A DNA stretch of 58,083 nucleotides from Candidatus Omnitrophota bacterium (GCA_028699255.1 JAQVUX010000001.1:1-58083); one strand, 5' to 3'. Counted from the stretch's first letter, positions 21,308-31,968 are shown. Made by a program: numbers and translations. The notes: generated by a model from the sequence alone, not told the origin.

Positions 21308-22987
21308 GTGCAAAAGATATGGAAAATCAGAGAGTCCGATCCTAAGGTACAGGATCATCTTTCTTCCGCTCTGAATATTTCGAAAGTTACCGCCCAGCTT
21401 CTTGTAAACCGCGGCATCAAGACCATCGATGTGGCTTCCGATTTCATGAAGTGCTCCCTGGCGTCCTGCCACAGCCCGTTTCTTCTGAAGGATATGGATA
21501 AAGCTGTTTCGAGGATCAGAAAAGCGATATCCTCCGGAGAACGGATACTCGTTTATGGCGATTACGATGTCGACGGTATGACGAGCGTTACTCTTTTATA
21601 TTCCGCCCTCAAGACGCTTGGCGCTAATGCCACGACCTATATTCCGAATAGAATCGAGGAAGGGTACGGACTTAACTTATCCGCGATAAAACGCGCGCAT
21701 CATGATGGTGTTAAGCTTATTATAACGGTCGATTGCGGCATATCTTCATTCAAAGAAACGGAACATGCGGCCGCTTTAAAAGTAGATATTATAATTACCG
21801 ACCATCATGAGATTGTAGGCGCGAAAGTTCCTATGGCTTATGCCGTAATAAATCCTCTCCAGAAAGACTGTAAATATCCGTTTAAACACCTGGCAGGCGT
21901 AGGGCTTGCGTATAAACTTGTTAAAGCCCTGTACGACGGCACGTCTCATTTTGCCGAAGATTTCCTCGACCTGGTAAGTCTTGGGACGGTGGCGGATATC
22001 GCGCCACTGGTAGGCGAGAATCGCGTTCTCGCGAAGCATGGGCTTGACGAACTTAGCAGGCGCGAGAGAGTAGGCTTGAGGGCGCTAATGGAAGTTTCTG
22101 GACTGGATGGTAACATATCCAGCGGGCACATAGGTTTTGTACTCGGGCCGCGGATAAACGCCATGGGCAGAATCGGCTCGCCGCAGAAGGCGATAGATCT
22201 GTTGCTGAGCGACAATATCGATACCGCCACAGAGCTGGCAAAAGTATTGAGTACCGAGAACAGGAGCCGGCAGAAGATAGAGGCGCGGATACTGGACGAG
22301 GCGCTCGATAAGGTGGAGAGAGAAGTTAATTTTAAGGATCATCGAGTAATAGTTCTCGCGAGTGAAAATTGGCATCCCGGGGTTATAGGGATAGTAGCGT
22401 CGCGGATAGCGGACAGATTTTACAGGCCCACCATACTTATATCGCTCGACGGTAAGGTTGGGAAGGGCTCCGGCCGCAGTATAGATGGTTTTCATTTATT
22501 CGAATATCTTTTACGCTGTAAGGATCTATTGGCCGGATTCGGCGGTCATGAAGCCGCTTGCGGAATAACTATAGAAAAAGATAATATATCGAAGTTCACA
22601 GAACTGATAAATGCGGAAGCTTTTAAGGACGTGGATGAAAGCATATTCAGCCCCAAGCTCGAGATAGAGATGGATGTGCCGCTTGGTAGTTTAAATGAGG
22701 AAGTGATCCGGGAAATCGAGGCGCTCGCGCCTTTCGGTTCCGAGAACCCGCGCCCGGTGCTTTCATCCCGAAAGTTGAATATTAAAGACGGCCCGCGCCA
22801 GATAGGTAAATCAGGGTTTAAATTATGGGTAACAGATAAAGCTGTTACCTGTGAAGCGATAACTTTCGGCAGGGGCAACTTCGATATGCCGAAGGCAGGT
22901 TCCGATATAGACCTCGCGTACATACCTTCCATAAATAATTGGCAAGGCGTCCAATCCATCCAGCTGGAAATAAAAGACATAAAATAG
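21308..22987 (+). CDS. recJ: Single-stranded-DNA-specific exonuclease RecJ
   Basis: DHH motifs DYDVDG, D.G and ITDHHE, plus a DHHA1 domain (GGH..A.G). GTG start. Confidence 0.93.
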   Translation: MQKIWKIRESDPKVQDHLSSALNISKVTAQLLVNRGIKTIDVASDFMKCSLASCHSPFLLKDMDKAVSRIRKAISSGERILVYGDYDVDGMTSVTLLYSALKTLGANATTYIPNRIEEGYGLNLSAIKRAHHDGVKLIITVDCGISSFKETEHAAALKVDIIITDHHEIVGAKVPMAYAVINPLQKDCKYPFKHLAGVGLAYKLVKALYDGTSHFAEDFLDLVSLGTVADIAPLVGENRVLAKHGLDELSRRERVGLRALMEVSGLDGNISSGHIGFVLGPRINAMGRIGSPQKAIDLLLSDNIDTATELAKVLSTENRSRQKIEARILDEALDKVEREVNFKDHRVIVLASENWHPGVIGIVASRIADRFYRPTILISLDGKVGKGSGRSIDGFHLFEYLLRCKDLLAGFGGHEAACGITIEKDNISKFTELINAEAFKDVDESIFSPKLEIEMDVPLGSLNEEVIREIEALAPFGSENPRPVLSSRKLNIKDGPRQIGKSGFKLWVTDKAVTCEAITFGRGNFDMPKAGSDIDLAYIPSINNWQGVQSIQLEIKDIK

Positions 22988-23035
22988 CCGTAAGGATTAT
23001 TTTTGAAGAAATGAATGAAATGATGTATAATCGCT

Positions 23036-23266
23036 CTAAATGGCTTTTACGACTTTGCCTGCTTTGAGGCATTTGACGCAAACGCGGATTCTTTTTGGAG
23101 TACCGTCGATTATCGCCCTGACGGTTTTTAAATTCGGCATGAACCTGCGTGCCGTTATACCGGTTATCTTCTGGCCAACGCCGCCTTTTTTCTTGGCAAG
23201 GCCCCGGCGGACCAGTGTGCGTCCGGCAACAGGTTTTTTACCGCAGATCAAACATATTTTTGACAT
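23036..23266 (-). CDS. rpmB: 50S ribosomal protein L28
   Basis: MSKICLICGKKP...RRF.PNL signature. Start taken at the internal Met (MSKIC) of ORF 23036..23305. Confidence 0.85.
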   Translation of the reverse strand: MSKICLICGKKPVAGRTLVRRGLAKKKGGVGQKITGITARRFMPNLKTVRAIIDGTPKRIRVCVKCLKAGKVVKAI

Positions 23267-23318
23267 TTTTATTCGCTCCGTTTTTGTGAGGGCATATAGT
23301 AACACAGGAAGCCTTTAA

Positions 23319-25409
23319 ATGCAAGAGAAAAAACAAGACATTTTAAAAACCCCGGTTAGGTATTTTAAAGGGGTAGGACCAAAAAAGAGCGAGCTATTGG
23401 CGAAGCTTGATATAAACACTGCCGAAGACCTGCTCTACTATCTGCCTGCGCGCTACGAGGATCGCTCTAATCTGACGGCTGTTAGGGATCTGACGCCGGG
23501 TGAATACCGCACTGTCGAAGGTGAGGTGGTAACGTGCTCCAATCGCATCGCGAAGTCGGGGCGGCGGTTTTTCCAGATAGCCGTGGCGGACAAGACCGGT
23601 TTTATTCACGCGACATGGTTCAATCAGCCGTACCTCAAGGATTATTTCAGGAAAGGACAGCACGTCATACTCTATGGCAAGATAGAAGCCCATGATAAAC
23701 TTCAGATACTCCAGCCCGAATATGAGATACTCGAACCGGATGACGCAGGCTCTCTCCATATCGGCAGGATCGTGCCCATATACCCGTCTACGGACGGGCT
23801 TGCCCAAAGATATATGCGCGTCCTTACCGATGCGGCTCTGGCGAAATGCTGTAAATATCTCATAGAAAAACTACCGACCTATCTTATCGCCCGGGAAAAA
23901 CTTGTCGATATAAAATTCGCCATACACAATATACACTTTCCTGCCAAATTCAAAAATCTCGAGAAGGCTTACAGGAGGATCGTGTTCGAAGAATTCTTTA
24001 TGTTGCAGTTGGCGCTCGCTGTTAAAAAATCCCATTCAAAAAATATAGCGCCTGGCCTTGCGCACAAAATATCGGGCGAGCTTGTAGCCGCGTTTAAAGA
24101 TAACCTGCCTTTTGAACTTACCGGCGCGCAGAGGGATGCGATGGCGGAGATATCGCGCGATCTGTCTTCGGGGCGTCCCATGAACCGTCTTTTGGAAGGC
24201 GATGTCGGTAGCGGCAAGACGATAGTTGCCGCCTACGCCCTCGTCTTGACGGTGCAGAGCGGATTCCAGGGCGTGATTATGGCGCCGACGGAAGTATTGG
24301 CGAGACAGCATTTCATCGCCTTGAGCGAACTCCTGATGCCGTTGGGCATCAACGTTTCGTTATTGATAGGCGGTATGGATCCCGCAACGAAAAAAACCGT
24401 TGCGGAAGAAATTGAGAACGGTATGGTAAATATCGTAGTTGGGACGCATTCCATTATCCAGGAGACGGTCCGTTTTAAAGATCTGGGACTGGCCGTGATA
24501 GACGAGCAACACAAATTCGGCGTAACACAGAGGGCGGCGCTGAAGGCGAAGGGGCGTAACCCGCATATACTTGTAATGACGGCGACACCTATACCCAGGA
24601 CGCTGGCGCTTACCGTTTATGGTGACCTCGATATCTCGGTAATAAAGCAGATGCCGAAAGGGCGCAAGCCTATAGAGACGTATTGGGTCGAAGAGGCCAA
24701 GCGCGCCGAAGCCTATAAGTTTGTGAAGGAAGAGCTTGAGAAGGGCCGCCAGGCATATGTGGTTTGTCCGCTGATAAATGGCAAGATTGGATCCGATGCG
24801 CGCGGGCAGGGAGCCGCTGAGATATTTAAAAAACTTAAAACTGAAATATTCCCCGAGCACACCGTCGCGCTTCTGCATGGCAGGATGAGCTTGCAGGAAA
24901 AAGACAAGACCATGAAAGATTTTAAAAAAGGGAAGATAGCAGTTCTCGTATCGACCGTTGTAATAGAGGTCGGTATAGATGTGCCGAACGCTTCCGTGAT
25001 GCTGGTCGAGAATGCCGAAAGATTCGGGCTGGCGCAGTTACATCAGTTAAGAGGCAGGGTGGGCCGCGGCGAGCATGAGTCGTACTGCATACTACTTGCG
25101 GATCCGAAGACGGAAGAAGCGGCCAAGCGCATCAGCGCCGTCGAGAATACGCTCGACGGTTTTCTCATAGCGGAGGAGGATCTCAGTATTCGCGGCCCGG
25201 GCGAGTTCTTCGGCACGAAGCAACATGGCCTGCCGGAAATAAAATTCGGCAATATATTGAAAGATTTTGATATAATGGAGCACGCCCGGAGAGAGGCGTT
25301 TGAATTAATAGAAAAAGACCCGGCGTTAGCCGAAGAACACCACCAGCCGCTACGAAGCGCGCTTAAGGAAAAGTTTAAGGGTGTGCCGGGACTGCTAAGC
25401 ATAGGATAA
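23319..25409 (+). CDS. recG: ATP-dependent DNA helicase RecG
   Basis: Wedge domain, Walker A GDVGSGKT, DEQHKFGV, and the TATPIPRT motif. Confidence 0.95.
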   Translation: MQEKKQDILKTPVRYFKGVGPKKSELLAKLDINTAEDLLYYLPARYEDRSNLTAVRDLTPGEYRTVEGEVVTCSNRIAKSGRRFFQIAVADKTGFIHATWFNQPYLKDYFRKGQHVILYGKIEAHDKLQILQPEYEILEPDDAGSLHIGRIVPIYPSTDGLAQRYMRVLTDAALAKCCKYLIEKLPTYLIAREKLVDIKFAIHNIHFPAKFKNLEKAYRRIVFEEFFMLQLALAVKKSHSKNIAPGLAHKISGELVAAFKDNLPFELTGAQRDAMAEISRDLSSGRPMNRLLEGDVGSGKTIVAAYALVLTVQSGFQGVIMAPTEVLARQHFIALSELLMPLGINVSLLIGGMDPATKKTVAEEIENGMVNIVVGTHSIIQETVRFKDLGLAVIDEQHKFGVTQRAALKAKGRNPHILVMTATPIPRTLALTVYGDLDISVIKQMPKGRKPIETYWVEEAKRAEAYKFVKEELEKGRQAYVVCPLINGKIGSDARGQGAAEIFKKLKTEIFPEHTVALLHGRMSLQEKDKTMKDFKKGKIAVLVSTVVIEVGIDVPNASVMLVENAERFGLAQLHQLRGRVGRGEHESYCILLADPKTEEAAKRISAVENTLDGFLIAEEDLSIRGPGEFFGTKQHGLPEIKFGNILKDFDIMEHARREAFELIEKDPALAEEHHQPLRSALKEKFKGVPGLLSIG

Positions 25410-25412
25410 AGC

Positions 25413-25967
25413 ATGCGTGTAATAGGCGGAGAGTACAGGTCGCGGATAATCGAGATGCCCAAAGGAGCTGATGTAAGGCCCACACAGGATAGGGTAAGAG
25501 AGGCGGTGTTTAACATACTTACCGATGTCAGCGGTTTAAAGGTACTGGATTTATTCGCAGGTAGCGGCGCTTATGGCATTGAGGCTTTATCGAGAGGTGC
25601 CGGGCATGCGGTATTTGTTGAGAATAACTCGCATTGTCTGAAGACGATAACCGCCAATGTAGAGTCTTTGCATATACCGGAGTCTAAATATGGGATATTG
25701 CGATCCAGCGCATATATGGTACTTGAGCGTCTGGAAAAAGACGGGGAGGTGTTCGATCTTATCTTTGTCGACCCGCCCTATCATAAGGATATGGCCAAAA
25801 AGTGCTTGCTTTATATTGATAATTATGATATTTTATCACCAAATGGCCGGATTGTAGTGGAGCATTTTAAGGCCGACAGTCTTGAGGAAGAATTTTCCGG
25901 CCTTGTCCCTGAAAAAGAACGCAGGTACGGGGACACGGTTATAACCATATTCAGAAAACAGGGTTGA
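25413..25967 (+). CDS. rsmD: 16S rRNA (guanine966-N2)-methyltransferase RsmD
   Basis: RVIGG..R.....P....RPT.DRVREA.FN, DLFAGSG and DPPY motifs. Confidence 0.92.
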   Translation: MRVIGGEYRSRIIEMPKGADVRPTQDRVREAVFNILTDVSGLKVLDLFAGSGAYGIEALSRGAGHAVFVENNSHCLKTITANVESLHIPESKYGILRSSAYMVLERLEKDGEVFDLIFVDPPYHKDMAKKCLLYIDNYDILSPNGRIVVEHFKADSLEEEFSGLVPEKERRYGDTVITIFRKQG

Positions 25968-25971
25968 GCTC

Positions 25972-26053
25972 AAAACTCAAAACTCAAAGCCGCTTTCGTC
26001 CTTCGGACCTGAATATCCAAAAGTCGCGAATCGGCGCATAAGTTTTGAGTTTT
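25972..26053. other. Intergenic hairpin with a 13-bp low-complexity outer stem and an internal UUCG-type tetraloop hairpin
   Basis: aaaactcaaaact (25972-25984) pairs with agttttgagtttt (26041-26053). The inner hairpin is gtcc-ttcg-ggac (25998-26008). Confidence 0.5.
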
Positions 26054-26069
26054 ACGTTAAGAGAGACAT

Positions 26070-26561
26070 ATGGACAAAGCTAAAATAGCCGTATATCCCG
26101 GAACATTTGACCCCGTAACCTACGGTCATATCGACCTTATAAAAAGGGCCGCGCGGATATTCGATAAAGTTATAGTGGCGGTCGCTCATAGCAAATCCAA
26201 AGGCGTACTGTTCAATGTGGCTGAGCGCGTGGCTATGCTCAAGGACGCAGTTGAAGGCATGGATAACGTCGAGGTCGACGATTTTGACGGTCTGGTTGTA
26301 GAGTACGTAAAAAGATGCGGCTCCAGGGTCATGATAAGGGGCTTACGAATGCTCTCTGATTTTGAATACGAATTCCAGCAGGCACTCACGAATCGAAAGC
26401 TATCCGGCGACATAGAGACTATCTTCATGATGCCGCGCGAGGACTATTCCTACATCTCGAGCAAGCTTATAAAAGAGGCCGCTTCGCTCGGAGCGGATGT
26501 CGGTAATTTTATACCGGAGAAGACGGCAGTAGCATTAAAGAAAAAGATCACTAGTAAATAG
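26070..26561 (+). CDS. coaD: Phosphopantetheine adenylyltransferase
   Basis: YPGTFDP.T.GH.D motif. 163 aa. Confidence 0.95.
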   Translation: MDKAKIAVYPGTFDPVTYGHIDLIKRAARIFDKVIVAVAHSKSKGVLFNVAERVAMLKDAVEGMDNVEVDDFDGLVVEYVKRCGSRVMIRGLRMLSDFEYEFQQALTNRKLSGDIETIFMMPREDYSYISSKLIKEAASLGADVGNFIPEKTAVALKKKITSK

Positions 26562-26575
26562 AAAGAGGTAGGAAA

Positions 26576-27559
26576 GTGGGGATGATCGAGGAGATAAGGG
26601 CGAGAGCGAAAGCGGCGGGAAAGACCATAGTCCTCCCGGAAAGCGACGACGCTCGTACTATGGAAGCGCTGGAATACATACTTGATAACGGGATAGCCAA
26701 AATAATTTTAATAGGTAAAGATAAAATTGCCGGCTCAATAAAAAGTAAAAACAGATCAGGACTCAGGATAATTGATCCGGAAAAGTATAAAGATATCGAC
26801 GCGATGGCGGTGGAGTATTACGAGCTCCGGAAACTCAAAGGCATAACCCCGGAAGAAGCTCATAAAACGGTCAGGGAAGATTATCTTATATTTGGCGGAC
26901 TTCTCGTGCGGCGCGGCGAAGCCGATGGGTTTGTGGCGGGGGCATCCCATACCACCGCCGATACCGTGAGAGCGGCATTGCGCTGTCTCAGGATCGATAA
27001 AACGATCGGCGTTGTCGCCGGGTCATTTTTAATGGTTGTGCCGGATTCCCCGTATGGCGAACACGGTACGTTTATCTATGCGGATTGCGGCGTTAATCCT
27101 GAGCCGAATGCCAGACAGCTTTCGGGTATAGCCGTGTCATCGGCGGACCTATTTGAGAAATTAACGGGTAAGATTCCCAGGGTAGCTTTTTTGAGTTATT
27201 CCAGCAAGGGTAGCGCCGAAGGGCCGCTCGTAGATAGAGTAAAGGAAGCCGTACAGCGCGCAAAAGAGGTATCCCCCGGTATATTAATAGACGGTGAATT
27301 TCAGGTGGACAGTGCTCTGGACCCGGAAGTTGCCGCGATAAAATGTCCGGCAAGCGAAGTAGCAGGTAAGGCCAACGTCCTGATATTCCCTGATCTTAAT
27401 TCCGGGAATATAGCGTATAAGCTTACCCAGCGCCTGGCTAAAGCACGGGCGGTAGGGCCGCTTCTCATGGGATTTACAAAACCGGCCAGCGATCTTTCGC
27501 GTGGTTGTATTCCGGATGATATAATAGACGCGGTTGCCATAACGGCGGTAAGGGCTTGA
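26576..27559 (+). CDS. pta: Phosphate acetyltransferase
   Basis: PTA_PTB fold motifs (IVLPE..D.R, GG.L...G.ADG.V.GA..TT, SDLSRG), sitting next to ackA. Confidence 0.92.
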   Translation: MGMIEEIRARAKAAGKTIVLPESDDARTMEALEYILDNGIAKIILIGKDKIAGSIKSKNRSGLRIIDPEKYKDIDAMAVEYYELRKLKGITPEEAHKTVREDYLIFGGLLVRRGEADGFVAGASHTTADTVRAALRCLRIDKTIGVVAGSFLMVVPDSPYGEHGTFIYADCGVNPEPNARQLSGIAVSSADLFEKLTGKIPRVAFLSYSSKGSAEGPLVDRVKEAVQRAKEVSPGILIDGEFQVDSALDPEVAAIKCPASEVAGKANVLIFPDLNSGNIAYKLTQRLAKARAVGPLLMGFTKPASDLSRGCIPDDIIDAVAITAVRA

Positions 27560-27563
27560 TAAA

Positions 27564-28733
27564 GTGTTTATTCTGGTTATAAATTGCGGTAGTTCATCGG
27601 CGAAGTACCAGCTCTTTGATGTGCGTAATCGTAAGTCGCTGGCGCGCGGTTTAGTCGAACGTATAGGCTCGACGGGGGCCATGCTTAATCATGAGGCGAA
27701 CGGCAACGGCGCGTTCGCAAAGCGGGTTTCGTGCGGTGACCACACCGTGGCTATAAAAATAATAGTCGATGCGCTCATCCATGGGCCTTATGGTGTTATA
27801 AAGTCCAAAGAAGAGATAGCCGGGATAGGCCATCGGGTTGTTCACGGCGGTGAAGAATTTAAAGAATCGATCCTTCTCACAAATAGAGTTGTCGCATCGA
27901 TACGAAAATACAGCGAATTGGCGCCGCTTCATAACCCGCCATCGCTTTGCGGCATAAGGGCCTGTTCATCGATATTGAAGGGTATACCCCAGGTAGCAGT
28001 ATTCGATACGTCGTTTCATCAGACGATGCCGGAAGAGGCGTTCCTGTACGGCTTACCGTTCAAATTTTATACGAAGTACGGTGTTCGGCGTTATGGTTTT
28101 CACGGTACGAGCCACAGATATGTTTCGGAAAAGGCGGCCCGGATATTGAAATGTCCGGCCAAACAGCTCAAGCTCGTTACCTGTCACCTGGGCAACGGTT
28201 GTAGTATGGCCGCGGTTTCGGGCGGTAAGTCGATAGATACCTCGATGGGGTTTACTCCACTCGAGGGGCTTTTAATGGGAACGCGCTCGGGGGATCTTGA
28301 TCCGGCGGCGGTATTGTATATTCTTTCAAAAGAGCGCCTGACACTTGAGCGCGTGAATGATATTTTGAATAAAGAGAGCGGGCTTCTGGGTGTCTCCGGC
28401 GTCAGTAACGATATGAGAGATATTTTAAAAGGAGCGAGGCTTAAAGGTCAAGCCGCAAAACGATGCAAGCTCGCAATCGAGATGTTCATTTACAGGATCA
28501 AAAAATATATCGGCGCCTATCAGGCGGCAATGGGCGGACTCGACGCGGTAATATTCACTGCCGGCATAGGCGAACATAACCCATGGATAGTCAAGAGGAT
28601 ATCAAGAGAGCTTAAAGGTGTAGTTCCTGGTAAAGCGCGGTTTCTTGTGATACCGACGAACGAAGAACTTTTGATCGCGCGTGATACGTACAACATAATA
28701 CGAAGGAGGAGAAATGCCAAATCCAAAACGTAA
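27564..28733 (+). CDS. ackA: Acetate kinase
   Basis: ILVINCGSSS, GHRVVHGG and HLGNG.S signatures. Confidence 0.95.
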   Translation: MFILVINCGSSSAKYQLFDVRNRKSLARGLVERIGSTGAMLNHEANGNGAFAKRVSCGDHTVAIKIIVDALIHGPYGVIKSKEEIAGIGHRVVHGGEEFKESILLTNRVVASIRKYSELAPLHNPPSLCGIRACSSILKGIPQVAVFDTSFHQTMPEEAFLYGLPFKFYTKYGVRRYGFHGTSHRYVSEKAARILKCPAKQLKLVTCHLGNGCSMAAVSGGKSIDTSMGFTPLEGLLMGTRSGDLDPAAVLYILSKERLTLERVNDILNKESGLLGVSGVSNDMRDILKGARLKGQAAKRCKLAIEMFIYRIKKYIGAYQAAMGGLDAVIFTAGIGEHNPWIVKRISRELKGVVPGKARFLVIPTNEELLIARDTYNIIRRRRNAKSKT

Positions 28734-28914
28734 ACATTCGAGAGCGAGGAGAGACAAACGGCGCAGTGCAAATAGTAAGGTTTACGCCGCGAATCTTTCG
28801 ACGTGCCCGCAATGTAAAAAGGCGAGATTACCTCACAGGGTGTGTCCGTTCTGCGGCTATTATAAAGGCAAGCCAGTGATAGTGATCGAGACGAAGGTTG
28901 AGAAGAAGAAATAA
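28714..28914 (+). CDS. rpmF: 50S ribosomal protein L32
   Basis: MPNPKRKHS..RRDKRR start, a C..C...HRVC..CG.Y zinc ribbon, and classic rpmF-plsX linkage. Confidence 0.92.
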   Translation: MPNPKRKHSRARRDKRRSANSKVYAANLSTCPQCKKARLPHRVCPFCGYYKGKPVIVIETKVEKKK

Positions 28915-28931
28915 CCTATAAAGAGGGGAAT

Positions 28932-29921
28932 ATGAAGATAGTAATCGATGCTATGGGCAGTGATATGGCGCCGGCGGTTGAGGTTGAAGGTGCTATCCAG
29001 GCCGTAGAAGAGTTTGGTTACGATCTGGTACTTATCGGAGACGAGGCGCTTATAAAAGCTGAGCTCGATAAGCGCGGCGGCGGTAGAGGTAAGATATCGA
29101 TAGTGCATTCTCCGGAACGTATCGAGATGAACGAGCCGGCGGCGCTTTCGGTGAGGAGGAAGAGGAAATCCTCCATCGTTATGGGTCTCGAAATGCTGAA
29201 GCGCGACGAGGCCGACGGGTTTGTCAGCGCGGGGAATACCGGTGCAGTAGTGTGCGCGGCTACCCTGTCGCTACGGCTTTTACCGGGCATAGAGAGGCCG
29301 GGCATAGCCATTTGTATTCCGACCCTGAAAGGGACCTCGGTTATTACCGATGTGGGCGCGAACATAGATCCGAAACCTCTGCATCTTTTGCAGTACGGTA
29401 TTATGGCCGATGCCTACTCGCGATATATACTACACAAACCGAATCCTACGGTAGGGTTATTAAATGTGGGAGAGGAAGAATCTAAGGGTACTGATTTCAT
29501 CAAAGAAACCCACACTCTTCTCAGCGAATCAAAACTTAATTTTATCGGCAACATAGAGGGCCGCGACATATATGCCGGTACCGCGGATATAATATTGTGC
29601 GATGGCTTCGTAGGAAACGTTATACTTAAAGTGTCCGAGAGCGTCGTGGATACGATAGTAAAACTTTTAAAGAAAGAGATAAAGGCGAACGTTATCGCTA
29701 CGCTAGGAGCCGCACTCGCGGCTTCGGCTTTCAACGGTTTAAAGAAGAAGATGGACTATTCGGAATATGGCGGCGCGCCGCTCTTGGGTGTCGACGGAAG
29801 GTGTATTATAAGCCACGGGTCTTCAAATCCCAAGGCGATAAAGAATGCTATAAAAGTTGCCGGTGAATTCATGACGCTGGGTGTTAATAAGCATATAGTC
29901 GAGGAGTTGGAGAGTTACTAA
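28932..29921 (+). CDS. plsX: Phosphate acyltransferase PlsX
   Basis: IA(I)DAMG.D..P and SAGNTGA motifs. Confidence 0.95.
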   Translation: MKIVIDAMGSDMAPAVEVEGAIQAVEEFGYDLVLIGDEALIKAELDKRGGGRGKISIVHSPERIEMNEPAALSVRRKRKSSIVMGLEMLKRDEADGFVSAGNTGAVVCAATLSLRLLPGIERPGIAICIPTLKGTSVITDVGANIDPKPLHLLQYGIMADAYSRYILHKPNPTVGLLNVGEEESKGTDFIKETHTLLSESKLNFIGNIEGRDIYAGTADIILCDGFVGNVILKVSESVVDTIVKLLKKEIKANVIATLGAALAASAFNGLKKKMDYSEYGGAPLLGVDGRCIISHGSSNPKAIKNAIKVAGEFMTLGVNKHIVEELESY

Positions 29922-29978
29922 TCCCGCCGGGAGTCAGCGAGGGCGGGATTTCGCTTTGGATAAGATAGGGAGTTTTAT

Positions 29979-30965
29979 ATGTGTGCAGAGAGAAAGGTTG
30001 GAATACTGGGATTGGGCGCGTATCTTCCCGAAAAGATCCTGACCAATAAGGATCTCGAGAAGATGGTCGATACTACCGACGAATGGATCGTATCGCGTAC
30101 CGGCATAAAAGAGCGGCGTATCGCCCGTGAAGACGAGGCGACCAGCGATATGGCTACCGAGGCCGCGAAACGCGCCCTGAAGGATGCGGGCCTTACCGCC
30201 GCGGACATTGATCTTATAATAGTCGCTACGATAACACCCGACATGTTCTTTCCCGCTACGGCGTGTCTTGTGCAGGAGAAGATAGGCGCAAGAACGGTGC
30301 CTGCTTTTGATGTAAGCGTGGCCTGTTCCGGTTTTATATACGGTATTGCCATTGCAAACCAGTTCATAAAATCCGGCACCTACAAGCATGCTCTTGTGGT
30401 GGCGGCCGAAAAGCTCTCAGCCATAACCGACTGGACCGACAGGAATACGTGCGTCTTATTTGGTGACGGTGCGGGCGCGGCCATCCTGGGGCCGGTCGAT
30501 AAGGGAGGCATACTTTCAGTTTATCTGGGCGCGAACGGTAAGGCCGGCGACCTTATAAAGCTACCCGCCGGCGGTTCGAAGATACCGGCCACAAAACAGT
30601 CGGTCGAAAGCAATCTCCATTGTATCAAAATGAATGGCGCAGAGTTATTTAAACACGCGGTAAAGATAATGGCAGATGCCGCTTTGGAAGTGACCAAGCC
30701 GTTAGGCCTGCAGGCTACCGATATAAAATTGGTAATACCGCACCAGGCTAATATACGTATTCTCAATGCTGTTGCCAAGAGGATGGGGTTGACGCCGGAT
30801 AAGATATATTTAAATCTTGAAAAGTACGGCAATATGTCGGCCGCTTCAAGCGCGGTGGCGTTAGTCGAGGCGGTAAAAGAAGGCAGGATCAAGAGGGGCG
30901 AAAAGATGCTCCTTGATGCGTTCGGCGGCGGGCTTACATGGGGAGCGATAGTTATCGAATGGTAA
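29979..30965 (+). CDS. fabH: 3-oxoacyl-ACP synthase III
   Basis: TSDEWI..RTGI.ERR, the active-site ACSGF, and HQAN / GNTSAAS-like (GNMSAAS) motifs. Confidence 0.95.
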   Translation: MCAERKVGILGLGAYLPEKILTNKDLEKMVDTTDEWIVSRTGIKERRIAREDEATSDMATEAAKRALKDAGLTAADIDLIIVATITPDMFFPATACLVQEKIGARTVPAFDVSVACSGFIYGIAIANQFIKSGTYKHALVVAAEKLSAITDWTDRNTCVLFGDGAGAAILGPVDKGGILSVYLGANGKAGDLIKLPAGGSKIPATKQSVESNLHCIKMNGAELFKHAVKIMADAALEVTKPLGLQATDIKLVIPHQANIRILNAVAKRMGLTPDKIYLNLEKYGNMSAASSAVALVEAVKEGRIKRGEKMLLDAFGGGLTWGAIVIEW

Positions 30966-31915
30966 GCGTTGATACGGCTTTAATATTTCCGGGGCAGGGC
31001 GCGCAATATGTGGGGATGGGGAAGGACCTTTACGATAATTACCCGCAAGCCAAAGAGGTATTCGATAGGGCTAATGAGATCCTGAAGTTCGACGTAAAGA
31101 AATTATGTTTTGAAGGGCCTAAGGAAGAATTGTCGACTACCAGGATAAGCCAGCCGGCAATATTGACGTTGAGCATCGCCGCGCTGAAGGTATTGGAAAC
31201 AACGCCATATTATTCACAAATCGTTCCGAAGTTTTCACTCGGGTTGAGCCTCGGCGAGTATAGCGCTCTCGTAGCCGCGGGAAGCATGAAATTTGAGGAT
31301 GCCCTTATTCTCGTCAAGAAGCGCGGCGAGCTAATGGAAGAGGCGTCGAAAAAGAACCCCGGCAAGATGGCCTGTGTCATAGGCATGGATCCAGTGACGA
31401 TAGAGACATTGTGTAAGGGGATAGGGTGCGAGATAGCCAATCTTAATTGTCCCGGGCAGGTGGTCGTTTCCGGGAAAACCACGAATATAGAATTATTCGC
31501 GGGTCTTGCGAAAGAGAAGGGCGCTAAGAGAGTGTTACTGCTGGATGTGAGCGGGCCATTCCACTCTTCGCTAATGACCCCAGCGCGCGATAAATTGAAA
31601 GATTATATCGAAACCATACAAATATCGCAACCGTCGATCCCGTTTATAAGTAATGTCGATGCCAAGGTTCAGACCGACCCGGTAATTATAAGGGCTAATC
31701 TCATAGCTCAAGTAAATACAAAAACGCTATGGGAAGAATCGATACGGCTCGTAAGCAATAGCGGAATCGGATCATTCGTTGAAATAGGCCCAGGACAGGT
31801 GCTAAAAGGTATTTTAAAGAAGATAGATTTGAAATTATCGGTTAAGAGCATAGCAACTCATCACGATATCATGTCATTATCCTCCCAGCCTGACGAAAAT
31901 AGCCCAATGCGTTAA
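30959..31915 (+). CDS. fabD: Malonyl CoA-ACP transacylase
   Basis: Start at ATG 30959 (MVSVDTALIFPGQGAQ). Active site GLSLGEYSAL. Overlaps the fabH stop. Confidence 0.93.
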   Translation: MVSVDTALIFPGQGAQYVGMGKDLYDNYPQAKEVFDRANEILKFDVKKLCFEGPKEELSTTRISQPAILTLSIAALKVLETTPYYSQIVPKFSLGLSLGEYSALVAAGSMKFEDALILVKKRGELMEEASKKNPGKMACVIGMDPVTIETLCKGIGCEIANLNCPGQVVVSGKTTNIELFAGLAKEKGAKRVLLLDVSGPFHSSLMTPARDKLKDYIETIQISQPSIPFISNVDAKVQTDPVIIRANLIAQVNTKTLWEESIRLVSNSGIGSFVEIGPGQVLKGILKKIDLKLSVKSIATHHDIMSLSSQPDENSPMR

Positions 31916-31940
31916 AAATTAAAAATGTAGAAAAATATGC

Positions 31941-31968
31941 TTGTCATCTATTAAAAGTATGTTATACT
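31941..31968 (+). promoter_or_regulatory. Putative sigma-70-type promoter for the orphan gene
   Basis: TTGTCA, a 16-nt spacer, then TATACT, in a very AT-rich 124-nt intergenic region. ggagga RBS at ~32030. Confidence 0.4.
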
